A DNA stretch of 63,529 nucleotides, the filler included. It is 10 parts of 10 records of this genome, joined end to end, with 100 filler letters (N's around TTAATTAATTAA, not from the genome) between each part and the next. Parts side by side here need not be neighbours in the genome. Positions count along the whole stretch, not along the records: positions 12,492 to 18,466 come from SRR31147125_104087; positions 18,567 to 24,895 come from SRR31147125_104307; 8 more parts are not named here. One strand, 5' to 3'. The notes under the pieces were generated by a model. The model was not told where the DNA came from and made no database searches. It worked only from the letters and a program-made list of their open reading frames with translations. A program made the position numbers and the translations under genes. Positions 12,492 through 22,486 of the stretch are shown here, one piece after another. Each line of letters starts with the position of its first letter. Positions within the stretch are counted from its first letter, which is position 1.

Positions 12492-12930
12492 AGGTGTTTA
12501 TCAGCTTCAACTTCACGCAAAACTGATATATCTGAGAGGAAATAATCATTTGCGGAAAAATCATCATAAAGAGGACCAGGAGAAATAACGGCATTCTTCC
12601 CGGAAAACGCAGCCGACCGAAAGAAAACCCGGCCATGCAGCAAATTAATATATATACAACCAGCGCTATTAGGTTCACAATCAAGCTGTTTCTCAGGTAG
12701 ATGCCCATTTTAGCCTGTTTAAAGGCGTATACATAGCTTTCGATGGAAAATTGTTTTGCTATACTGATAGTAGATTCAAGATATTCACTTTCTGTTTTCA
12801 GTGATGTGTTGATAACGAAAAAAAACGGCAAAATAGCCATAATGGAAAACAGAATCAGCACCACATACACCGGCAGCTTTGAAACAAACCAGCGCGTATA
12901 TTTGGATTTTGTTAAAATTCCGCTAGACAT
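12492..12930 (-). CDS. Carbohydrate ABC transporter permease (MalG-like), 3'-truncated
   Basis: PFFFVINTSLK, YLRNS, FPGR pattern; TM helices. Confidence 0.88.
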
Positions 12931-13828
12931 CAGAACGCCTCCTCATCATAAATATCTGAGCAAAGGCAATTACCGCACAGAATCCAAACAAAATGACCGC
13001 CCAGGCACTTCCATATCCCATATTGGAGTATCTGAACCCATAAATATAGATTCCAAATTCCATAGTATACGATGAAAAACCGGGACCCCCGTGAGTAAAT
13101 GAGTAGATGAAAGAAAACATTCTAGCAAAAACTTCATTGAATGAGAGTACAATCCAGAACTCAATTGCCGGCATTATCTTAGGAACCGTTACCGCAAAAA
13201 AGCTGCGCCACCATCCCGCTCCATCAATTTTTGCCGCGTCATATAAATCTTTATTAATTGAACTCATGGAAGCCAGAAAATAGATACACCCAAACCCCAG
13301 CCGGGCCCAAACAACAAACATAGCTCCCACAGTATGCATGACCACTTTAGAGCTGCCAATCCAATTCAGGGCCATTCCTTCAAGTCCAACTGACCGCAAT
13401 AAAGTATTCAATACCCCATAATCACGGAAAAAGATATTGAGAATAATTCCAAGTATTACGTATCCCAAAATATGGGGCAGGTATATCAAAGCACGAAAAA
13501 TCTTCCAACCAGCCAATCCATCTCTCAACAAAGCCGCTAAGACAACTGTTAAAAAGAGGCTAATCGGTATATAGGCAATTAATACCAGTAAATTCTTCAG
13601 AGACTGCCAGAAAATGTCATCATTAACAATTTCCCTGTAATTGTCCAACCCAATCCATTCCGGTGCATCAAAACCGTTCCATTCAGTCATGGAATAATAG
13701 AAATTGGAGAGTACCGGAACTATAATAAAGACCAAAAGCAGAATCAGCAAAGGCAGAATCAGGATATATGCTTCCTTGGTTTCCGCCCCTTTAAGCTGTC
13801 GTTTAAATTTCATCACACCGCTGTTCAT
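12923..13828 (-). CDS. Carbohydrate ABC transporter permease (MalF/UgpA-like)
   Basis: GLDNY, EAA loop LYDAAKIDGAG, THGGPG. Confidence 0.92.
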   Translation of the reverse strand: MNSGVMKFKRQLKGAETKEAYILILPLLILLLVFIIVPVLSNFYYSMTEWNGFDAPEWIGLDNYREIVNDDIFWQSLKNLLVLIAYIPISLFLTVVLAALLRDGLAGWKIFRALIYLPHILGYVILGIILNIFFRDYGVLNTLLRSVGLEGMALNWIGSSKVVMHTVGAMFVVWARLGFGCIYFLASMSSINKDLYDAAKIDGAGWWRSFFAVTVPKIMPAIEFWIVLSFNEVFARMFSFIYSFTHGGPGFSSYTMEFGIYIYGFRYSNMGYGSAWAVILFGFCAVIAFAQIFMMRRRSDV

Positions 13829-13906
13829 AGCTTAAACCTATTCTTTTCCGTATTATGATTGTGAAATGCAGAATATCGCTATTCTGCATTTTCACAAATC
13901 CTGAGG

Positions 13907-15191
13907 CTAATCTCTGGAAGAATCCAGAACTTTCTGGGTTTTCTCAATATATTCGTCAACACTCATTTCTCGTGAATTCAGCAGTAATGCATCATACTCC
14001 ATGCTTTTCTGCCTTACTTCTGATGATATGTATCGTTTCATATCGGCAACACTATTATCTGCAAGTGCTTCCATAATTGAATTCAATGCAGGATATCCCA
14101 GATCACTTAAATCAATGGCCACATTTGGTACCATAGCTCCAGTCTTATCCAGAAGTATCTTCTGTCCATCCATGGTTCCATAAGCTTTCAGGTATTCTGC
14201 AGCAGCATCAACATTCTTGGAATAGGAAAAGATACCAAATCCGATTCCTGCCAGCTGATTCATCTGTCTATCACTGTATGCTGCATCCGGATGATTGATA
14301 TTCGGGAAGTACCCTACCTTATCTTTACCAAGAGCATCTCCAAAGTCTTTCCAGTGAGCAATATCTGACAGAAGTCCGACGAACATTGCGCCCTGACCAG
14401 CTTTAAATTGTTCTATTGAATCCATAAAAGTCGGCTGGCTGGCTCCCTTGGGGTCCAGATAATCCTTCTGGTTAAGTTCGTTGATCATCTCCATAACGGT
14501 TACATATCCAGCATCGGTAAAATTGCTTGAACCATCTTTAAAGCCTATAATTCCTTCTTCACCGAAAAATTGGTTGACATACTTCTTCGCATCCAGTCAG
14601 AAACATACGCGGGTGTGTTTCCCCAGATAATCGGGGTGATTCCAGCATCTTTCAGGGATTCACAAGCAGCCAGGAAATCTTCCCAGTCTGTCGGAGGATT
14701 TTCAGTATCAAGTCCAACCTGAGCAAATGCATCTTTGTTGTAGTACCAGCCTACTCCCTGCAGGGTTAACGGTACCAATTTAATACCTTCTACATCATCT
14801 GCAACACATGACTGCCATACTGCATCGGTTATCTGTCCCTCCATTCTTCAATGTAGGAATCCAATGATACCAGATGGTTGGCGAATGCCCACATTCTAGC
14901 ATCAACAGCACCTAAAGCCACATCTGGACCTTCCCCAGATGCTATACCGGCACGGAGTACATCGTAATACTGGTCGTGAGGCTGAGCCATATGATCAATT
15001 ACTATATCAGGATTGGCTGCCATAAACATAGCATCAATTTCCTGCATAGCAGATCCCATTTTTTCTTCACCATATTTAAAATCCCATACGGATAATGTCA
15101 CTTGCCCGGATTCTTCTTCGGATCCTGCAGCAAAACAGAACATAACCGATACAAATAATAACAGAACTAAAATAGTACCTTTTTTCTTCAT
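13907..15191 (-). CDS. Sugar ABC transporter substrate-binding protein (split into three ORFs by apparent indels)
   Basis: Signal peptide MKKKGTILVLLLF...AAGSEE; GEGPDV; YYNKDAFAQVG, PPTDWEDFL; FKAGQGAM. Confidence 0.85.
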
Positions 15192-15315
15192 GTATTCATC
15201 TCCTTTACCATGATCAAATCAAGAATAACTATACATATGTGTAATTTATCAATTAACAAATTACTTTACTATACGTTCACCACCTCCTTGAATGCTGTTT
15301 TTTTGCAACTCTTTT

Positions 15316-15376
15316 TATGTATAGTATCTTCTTCTTACTATGTATAGTATTATACATTGTTTATTTCAGTTGTCAA
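15316..15376 (-). promoter_or_regulatory. Sigma70 promoter of the ABC operon overlapped by an operator
   Basis: Minus strand TTGACA (15376-15371), 16 bp, TATAAT (15354-15349); palindrome ATGTATA-GTAT-TATACAT at 15340-15357; TATGTATAGTAT repeated at 15316 and 15339. Confidence 0.75.
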
Positions 15377-15639
15377 ATATTTTTTTTGTTTTTTCTATTT
15401 CCTCCAGTCAGCGACTAAAAAATATTGTCGGGAAACAAAAAATATTTTGTATTACTGCTTCTAAAAATTATCTCCATCTGAAATTAATTCTTTATATTAA
15501 TTAAAATTAATACCAACTATATTCTATTATTTCACTTTTACACATGATATTTCCAAAAAATATATTACTAGTTTCGAGCCCCTGGAACCCATAAATAATC
15601 ATGAAGTGGCTAATTTAGAATAACTATATTGTTTGTTAA

Positions 15640-15692
15640 TTGACATTTCATTCAACCTGTCCTACATTACTACTATACTTTTATAGTATAGT
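15640..15692 (+). promoter_or_regulatory. Sigma70 promoter of the SDR gene with downstream inverted repeat
   Basis: TTGACA (15640), 17 bp, TACATT (15663); ACTATACT-5 nt-AGTATAGT at 15672-15692. Confidence 0.6.
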
Positions 15693-15774
15693 TATTACAG
15701 GTAATTGCATTTATTACTATACCTACATCAGAATATTCATTTTTGCTATTTATTATAATTTACGGAGGCTGGAT

Positions 15775-16521
15775 ATGAACAAATCGTTACATGGGAAAAC
15801 TGCCATAATAACCGGGGGTGGAACCGGTATTGGAAAAAGCTGCGCTGCCATGCTTACGAATTTGGGGTGTAATACGGTCATCAGTTATAGACAATCCAGC
15901 ATGGAAGCCAAAGAAACCGTAACATATCTGAATTCACTGGGACAAACTCATATCGCTGTCCAGGCCGATGTAACATCTGACAAAGATATGAGATCTCTAG
16001 TAAAAAAAACCTTGGAAAAATTTGGAAGAGTAGACATATTAATAAACAGCGCAGGAACCACCCAATTTATCGAAATGGAAGATCTTGAAGGTGTAACGGA
16101 CTCAGTTTGGGACACTATCATGAATACAAATGTTAAAGGTGCTTTTTATGCCTCCAGAGCCAGCTCTGAAGCTCTGGAAGAAAGCAAAGGAACAATAGTA
16201 AATATCACCTCAATAGCTGGTCTTATGGGAAGAGGATCCAGCCTGCCCTATGCAGTCTCTAAAGGTGCGCTCATTACACTCACAAAAGCCCTAGCTCGTT
16301 CTTTATCTCCGAATGTACGTGTTAATGCCGTAGCTCCCGGCATTGTCCAAACGCGCTGGGTTGCAGGACAGACAGAACATATTCAAAAACAGACTGCCGG
16401 AACCCTCCTGCAGAGGGTTGCAACAGCCGATGATATTGCTGAAACAGTTGTTGCGCTGATAACCAGTGCTGGTTTTGTAACCGGTCAGACGCTCATTGTT
16501 GATGGTGGATTCTACCTGTAA
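15775..16521 (+). CDS. Short-chain dehydrogenase/reductase
   Basis: TGGGTGIG, INSAG, YAVSK, VNAVAPG, VDGG; SD GGAGG before ATG 15775. Confidence 0.93.
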   Translation: MNKSLHGKTAIITGGGTGIGKSCAAMLTNLGCNTVISYRQSSMEAKETVTYLNSLGQTHIAVQADVTSDKDMRSLVKKTLEKFGRVDILINSAGTTQFIEMEDLEGVTDSVWDTIMNTNVKGAFYASRASSEALEESKGTIVNITSIAGLMGRGSSLPYAVSKGALITLTKALARSLSPNVRVNAVAPGIVQTRWVAGQTEHIQKQTAGTLLQRVATADDIAETVVALITSAGFVTGQTLIVDGGFYL

Positions 16522-16530
16522 ATTAAACAA

Positions 16531-17441
16531 TCAGGATAATCCATTTTTTTCAAAAGCTCTCTGCATTTGGGATGTTGTCTCCTTCACAATGGAAACAGCA
16601 TCACCACCATCAGGCAATATGATCTCATGCCCAACAATCACGTCTCTTTCTTTGTAGTTCATAATTATCTTGACTATCTGCATAAATGAGGTTAATTCAG
16701 GCTCATCCACACATCCGCCGTCAAATCCGAATGGTGGATGAAAATCTCCATACAGGGGATTATTCAGATCATGAATTATACAGTTTGCAAGATGAATATG
16801 GCCAATATAGGGTTTGGCAAGCTTTAAAGCTTTTTCAGGCGTCTCCTAAGCTGCAATACATGACTCAAATCAAAAGTAAGTTCAAATCTGTCGGACATTT
16901 GCCGGACGGCCTGAATTATTCCAATGGCAGCTGGAGTCGAACCTATCAGTAAAGATGTCGGCGGTTTCGTATCGAAGTTTTCCATTGAAACAGTCAATTT
17001 CCTTTCACCGGCCTGACGGTCAGCATATGCACAGGCTTTCTGAAATGTTTCCACTGTTCTACTCAAAGCCGCAGATGCTCCCAGCCGTCCGGGATTCGGG
17101 CCGCTTAAGACCACCACCCTTCCAGCATTCAATTCCAACGCGTGATCTACTTCCTCTTTAATAACATCCAGTGCATCTTCCCTTACGGTTGCATCGGTAC
17201 TGCCGGGATCATATCCCTCAGTTTTCAATCGATACCCAGCAGTGAGAAGAACCGGTTTCAATTTCCATGTCTCCAGAATTTTTTTGATTTCAGAAAAATC
17301 ACGATCCGGACCTGTATAAGAAAATTCTACAGCATCATACCAACCCAGATTTCCTACCAACTTAATTACTTCTCTGAAAGCATTCAGGCTTGTTATGGTT
17401 TCTGGAAACAGCCCCTGAATTACAAGGCTTTTTACTATCAT
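16531..17441 (-). CDS. Sugar phosphate isomerase/epimerase-family TIM barrel (frameshift near 16845)
   Basis: VVVLSG, SMENFD, FDLSH, then in the shifted frame YIGHIHLANC...YGDFHPPFG...VGHEI, ending at TGA 16531. Confidence 0.82.
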
Positions 17442-17464
17442 GTTATCCTCAGATTTCGATGAAA

Positions 17465-17907
17465 TTATTCTTCAACAGGAGAGCCGATCGGAAAGAGTTT
17501 TTTTACTTTTTCCTTAGTCCACCTGCGTTCCAGGTCCAGACCTTCAATCTCCACCAATGTGATTTCAAACAGATAGAGAACTTCGGCACCATCCAGATGC
17601 CCACCATAGAACCCATCAACTCCACTGGCTGAGAAATGAAAATGAGCAACACCATCAAACACCGTACCTGAAAGAGAACAAATTTCTAATGGTGCTTCAA
17701 CATCCAGCCATTCATCTACTGTGGCCGGAGCCAATGAGGTTGGTCTATGATAATGTATTTTCTGCAGCGAACCAACAGCACTCATTACTGAGGCGTTTTT
17801 AATACCAAGTTCAGCTAACTGTGATTCCACGGTGGGGATAAGATCTTCTCCCTTACCAGCTCCAATACCACAACTCTATTATTGCGACCGCCTGTAAATT
17901 TCTTCAT
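17465..17907 (-). CDS. PPC/DUF296 domain protein (frameshift near 17857)
   Basis: MKKFTGGRNNRVVVLEL then GKGEDL; SAVGSL, EICSLSG, HFHFS, YGGHL; SD AGGAG. Confidence 0.88.
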
Positions 17908-17940
17908 TACAATTCTCCTGTTATATTTTATACTGTTTTC

Positions 17941-18466
17941 TTATTCTGTTTCTCCACGTGCCAATCTCACGTGAGAATCCGCCATCTCATATCCGGCTGC
18001 CTGTGCACAAGCAGTATTCAGATCCAGGGCCGTTACTGCTGCCGCACAAATTTCAGCCAAACGCATTACATTACCATTATCTTCTAGAGAGCTGCCGCAG
18101 CCATCACAATCGATAAGCCTGAGAGTTTCCTTAGCCGTGCCAAAACCAGTCCCTCCACCTATAGTTGCTACTTCCAGCGAAGGTAGAGACGCAGTAAACC
18201 GCAAGGCACCGCCGATATCCTCAGCCTGAATAAAACAACTTGCAGAAGTAATTACCTGTGCAAGATCTTGTCCCGTTGCTGCAAAAAAAGCTGCTATGGT
18301 ATTCGCCGCATTTACATTAAAACCAGTTAATGTACCACTGAAATTCGAACCTAAGTAACACTTATGATAAACAAGTCGTTCCACACTCCGAGGAGTAACC
18401 CCTTTCTTAAAAACGGTTGTCAGAATATCTTCCGGGATGATAATTTCTGTCTCAACCGATTTCCCC
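17941..18466 (-). CDS. Class I HMG-CoA reductase-like protein, 5'-truncated
   Basis: GKSVETE, GFNVNAAN, ATGQD, LPSLEVATIGGGT, LAEICAAAV, C-terminal SHVRLAR. Confidence 0.85.
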
Positions 18467-18566
18467 NNNNNNNNNNNNNNNNNNNNNNNNNNNNNNNNNN
18501 NNNNNNNNNNTTAATTAATTAANNNNNNNNNNNNNNNNNNNNNNNNNNNNNNNNNNNNNNNNNNNN

Positions 18567-19048
18567 GAAATCTGGGGAAGGATGTTGAAAATACTTTTCA
18601 TGACGCTGGAGTTGGAGACAATATCCTCCATCTGCACGTCCCGGGTCAGCTCCCGTCTCAGCTCATCCACAAGGGAGTGATCCCCGAAGGTTTCCACCCC
18701 GCCGATGACATCCCCGTTTTTATCAATGAGCAGGGAGGTGGAGGCGGTAATGGGAATTTTTTTCTGGTCATAGTTGATGATATAGGCTGAGGTGGAGATA
18801 AAGGGTTTGCCCTTTTCCATGGTTTTTTTCAGGGCGCATTCCTCTTCGCACATATTGGAGCGAAAGACCTCCCAGCAATGGCGACCGATGGCCTCTTTTC
18901 TGGGGATCCCTGTGATCTCTTCAGCCGCCCGGTTAAAGGAGGTGATTTCCCAATTATAATCTATGGTGAATACCCCGTCGGAAATACTGTCCAGAACCAC
19001 TTTTGTGGTTTCTTCGGTCAGGGGGCCAAATATTTTATTTTTATTCAT
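18567..19048 (-). CDS. PAS-domain protein, probably a sigma54-dependent activator, 3'-truncated
   Basis: VLDSISDGVFTID, FNRAAEEITG, C-C-C PAS motif, then DIVSNSSVM resembling the start of a sigma54 AAA domain. Confidence 0.8.
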
Positions 19049-19254
19049 GGCAGTCTCCTCAATTGCAATAGGCAGTTAACCAGAAAGTTTGCATGAACGC
19101 AACCGTTAATTTGGGAGAGTTGGTTTTGGGTGGGGGATGAGAGTCGACAGGGCTGCTTTTTGAATCTTATTTTATATCAGGCGCATAGAGTTGGATTCGT
19201 TGGGGTGGTCTTGTGATTGCGACTGTTTGTCATGGGTCTTGGTTGCAATTGTGC

Positions 19255-20458
19255 TTATTTTCGAAGGTGGGAAATCCGGTGAAAGTAAAATTCCCTGCAC
19301 CGGGTCTCTGTCCCATGGAGCCGTTCAAAGGCCTGGATAAAATCTTTCTCCCCAAGGGTGAACAGGCCATGGCCGTATACAATGACGCTGGGGGAGTGTT
19401 CAAAGGCCTTGGGCAAGGTGTTGCAAAGGCCTGTGGGGCCGGTGCCCACCTCTCCGGGCACAATGGGAATGCCCATGACGGAGCGTTTTTTGGGGCAATG
19501 GGTGTGGCAGCGGGTGTTAAAGGCGCATGCGCGTTTTTCCTCGGGGTTGCAGTCCATGGACAGGATCACCGAGAACCTGGGATGACCGTGGAGGATGGCC
19601 CGGGCCCCGGTGCGGGCAATGGTTTGTATATGGGCGGTCAGTTCGCTGGAGGCGGTGAGGCCGGCACTGGAGCTGTGGTCCAGGGGGACCGGATCAATGC
19701 AGCCGGACAGCTCGTCCAGGGAAGAGCCGGTCTGGCTGATATAGAGGATCTTATTTCGGCAATAGGAGATGTTTCCAAAGTAGGAGTCCACCAGGCCGCA
19801 GTCCACGGTGGCCCGGCCAGCCTTGACCATGGCCGAATAAACGGCTTCCTCATGGGAAAATGGGCCGGCAGCAAGGGGGGGCAGGGCAGGCAGGGGCTGG
19901 TTGACCAAAGGAGCGGTCCGGTCAAATACCTCATGCATGGCATCCTCTGCCCCGCCGGTCTGAAGGAGGAAAAGATAATCCGAGAAAAATTTGACAAAAC
20001 AGGCAAAGAGCATGGAACTTGCCGTGACAAATCCCTGTTCCGGGCTGACCGTGCCGTGGGCAATAAGGGCAGGTGTATCCGTGCCTTGGGCCACAATCAC
20101 CCCTTTTCTTTGGTTCATCAGCTCAATCACCGCCTCCGGTGTCAGCCGGTCCACCACGGGAAGATCGTGGAGAAAGGTGCGGGTTTCACAGTCCATGGGC
20201 AGGATGGCATCTCCTGTTTTTAAGGCCTGTTGGGCCAGGTAGCCCAGGATTTTGTCATAGGGGGGCAGGCCTGAAAAATACCAGGGAGTTGATGGCCATG
20301 GCATCAAAGATGGGGGAGAGCAGGGCGGTCTCCGGGCATTGCCGGTTCCAGACCAGGTCATGATCCAGGCCGGCGATCACCGGCTGGCAGGGCCCTGAGG
20401 CCTTGGCCAGGCCAGCCCGGATCAGTTTGTTTTCGTATTTTTTGACAAGGTCTTCCAT
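19255..20458 (-). CDS. Class II aldolase/adducin-family protein, two-domain (frameshift in a G run near 20260)
   Basis: DSYFGNIS, ISQTGSSL, ASSELTAH, ILHGHP, VIVYGHG; N-terminus supplied by ORF 20255-20458. Confidence 0.85.
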
Positions 20459-22209
20459 GGAATCCTTAATTTTTCTGCGATTTCCCTGGAGGGACGGCCC
20501 TCCGGGGTCAGGCCCCTGATTTTGTAATATATGTCCCGGGCGGCCAGAAAGGCGCTCCGGTCCAGGGGCGGTACCTCAATCTGGTTTCCTGAGGATCCCG
20601 GTTCAAGGAAAAAGCGCTGGGGAAGATCGTCGTCCCATGCGGAAAACCCACTGATATGGTTGATGATCCGATCGGTATAATAGATACGCTCCCCTGCGGC
20701 CAGAAGGCTCTGGGCCGTGGCAGGCAGGCCGGTAACCGCTGTAAAGGCCTTGGCATACTCTTCAAGGCCTGCGGCAAAAAAGGTGAACTTGCAGGCGATA
20801 AGGGAATCCACGGCTGCGTTGAGATCCTCGGCAATTTTGATGATTCTGGCCTTGCCGCTGAAGGAGAACCTGTCCGTGGCCACGGGTTTTCTTAAGACTT
20901 CATGGGAAATGGGATAGGCCCGCAGGTGGCAGCCGCCCCGGGTGGACAGGGCATAGGCCAGGGCCATACCATAGGCGCCCCGGGGATCGTAGGCCGGCAG
21001 TTCCAGGCCTTTGACCGCCATGGCGGTCTGGGGGTGCCCGGCTGAGGCTGCAAAGGCCCTTGCCCCGTATTTTAAGGCCCTTCCTTCCCCCCTGTCCATG
21101 GCCATATCCTTGATCAGGGACAACAGCCCGGTTCGGGAAAAGTTTATGCCGGTGATCTCCCGGTAGCAGGCCAGGGTGGATGCCGTGGATATGGTATCCA
21201 TGCCCAGGGCATTGCACAGGGCATTGGCCTCCATGACCAGGTCCATGTCGCTGGCATTGATCAGGGCTGTAAAATGGGACATGGTTTCAAATTCCGGCAG
21301 GGTTTGGTCTTTATATCCCTTTGTGGCGATTTTCTTACAGAGGATGTGGCAGCCTCTGCAGCCGTGTTTCTTCGGGGCGTAGGCCCTGGCATAGGCTGCT
21401 GCGTTGAGTTTGGGGGCCTGGTCGAACCGGGTGGCCCTGAAGTTGTCCGTGGGCATCATCCGCCGGTTGTCGATGAGATCAAAGACCGCACCTGTCCCCA
21501 GACAGGTAAATCCATACTGGCCCATGAGGGCCGGTGACGCGGCGGTGAGCCGGAGGATTTCCTCCCTGGACTCTTTCAACCCTGCCTTGTCCTTGACCCG
21601 GGTGTGGCCGCTTCCTGCGACCAAAATATACTTAAGTTTTTTATTGCCCATGACCAGGCCCAGGCCGGTTCGCCCGGCGCAGTGGTGGGTGTCCACGGCA
21701 ATGGCGGCAAATGTGACCCCGTTTTCCCCGGCCGGCCCGATACAGGCCAGGGCCGCCTTGCCCGGGGCCAGCGCCTGGCTGACCTCCGACGTGGTTCTAC
21801 CCCAGAGGCGATCTGCCTCACAGATTTTAACCTTGTCATCCCGGATCTCTATTCCAATGGATGCAGGGCTTTTACCCGTGATAACAATACCGTCCCATCC
21901 GGCCCGTTTCAGCTGGGTGCCCAGTTTGCCCCCGGCCGAGGCATCGCCGACACCTCCGGTGAGAGGGGATTTGGAGACCAGGTGAACCCGGCCCGAGGTC
22001 GGGGCGATGGTGGCGGTGAGAGGCCCTGTGAAAATGGACAGGGGCATGTCCGGATGGTCCCAGGGCAGATGGGCCCGGGGCAGCAGGTAGTGAGCGCCCA
22101 TACCCTTGCCGCCGATAAGACGGGCATAGACCTGGGGCTCAGGGCTTTCTATCTCTATTGCGCCTGAATCCAGGTTGATGTGAAGAATTTTTCCGGTCCA
22201 TCCGTGCAT
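20422..22209 (-). CDS. aor: Aldehyde:ferredoxin oxidoreductase family (W/Mo-pterin)
   Basis: GWTGKILHINL, SKSPLTG, CIGPAGEN, AGRTGLGLVMGNKKLK, CxxCxxxC, LPEFET, GMDTIS, YDPRG. Confidence 0.92.
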   Translation of the reverse strand: MHGWTGKILHINLDSGAIEIESPEPQVYARLIGGKGMGAHYLLPRAHLPWDHPDMPLSIFTGPLTATIAPTSGRVHLVSKSPLTGGVGDASAGGKLGTQLKRAGWDGIVITGKSPASIGIEIRDDKVKICEADRLWGRTTSEVSQALAPGKAALACIGPAGENGVTFAAIAVDTHHCAGRTGLGLVMGNKKLKYILVAGSGHTRVKDKAGLKESREEILRLTAASPALMGQYGFTCLGTGAVFDLIDNRRMMPTDNFRATRFDQAPKLNAAAYARAYAPKKHGCRGCHILCKKIATKGYKDQTLPEFETMSHFTALINASDMDLVMEANALCNALGMDTISTASTLACYREITGINFSRTGLLSLIKDMAMDRGEGRALKYGARAFAASAGHPQTAMAVKGLELPAYDPRGAYGMALAYALSTRGGCHLRAYPISHEVLRKPVATDRFSFSGKARIIKIAEDLNAAVDSLIACKFTFFAAGLEEYAKAFTAVTGLPATAQSLLAAGERIYYTDRIINHISGFSAWDDDLPQRFFLEPGSSGNQIEVPPLDRSAFLAARDIYYKIRGLTPEGRPSREIAEKLRIPWKTLSKNTKTN

Positions 22210-22408
22210 GCCCACTCTTTTATCCTCAATCCGGGCACAAATCAAGACACGGGGCAGGCGCTAACGGATAATTATTCATTTGTCAGGGAATTGTTTCCAG
22301 GTGATTTTCCTTGGTTTGGAGTGATTGCTTTTTTGTTATTATTTGTATATCCTAATAGATAATCCACAAAAAATTGAGTTCAATGCGATCCGGCTTAGGT
22401 CTGGCCGT

Positions 22409-22442
22409 GTTAAAAAATTCGAACCAGGTTAAAAAATTCGAA
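22409..22442 (+). repeat. Perfect 15-bp direct repeat, two copies, in the divergent aor/kinase intergenic region
   Basis: GTTAAAAAATTCGAA at 22409-22423 and 22428-22442. Confidence 0.85.
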
Positions 22443-22486
22443 TCGCAGACGATGCCAAATGTATTGTTGAGATGTTGTTACGAATC

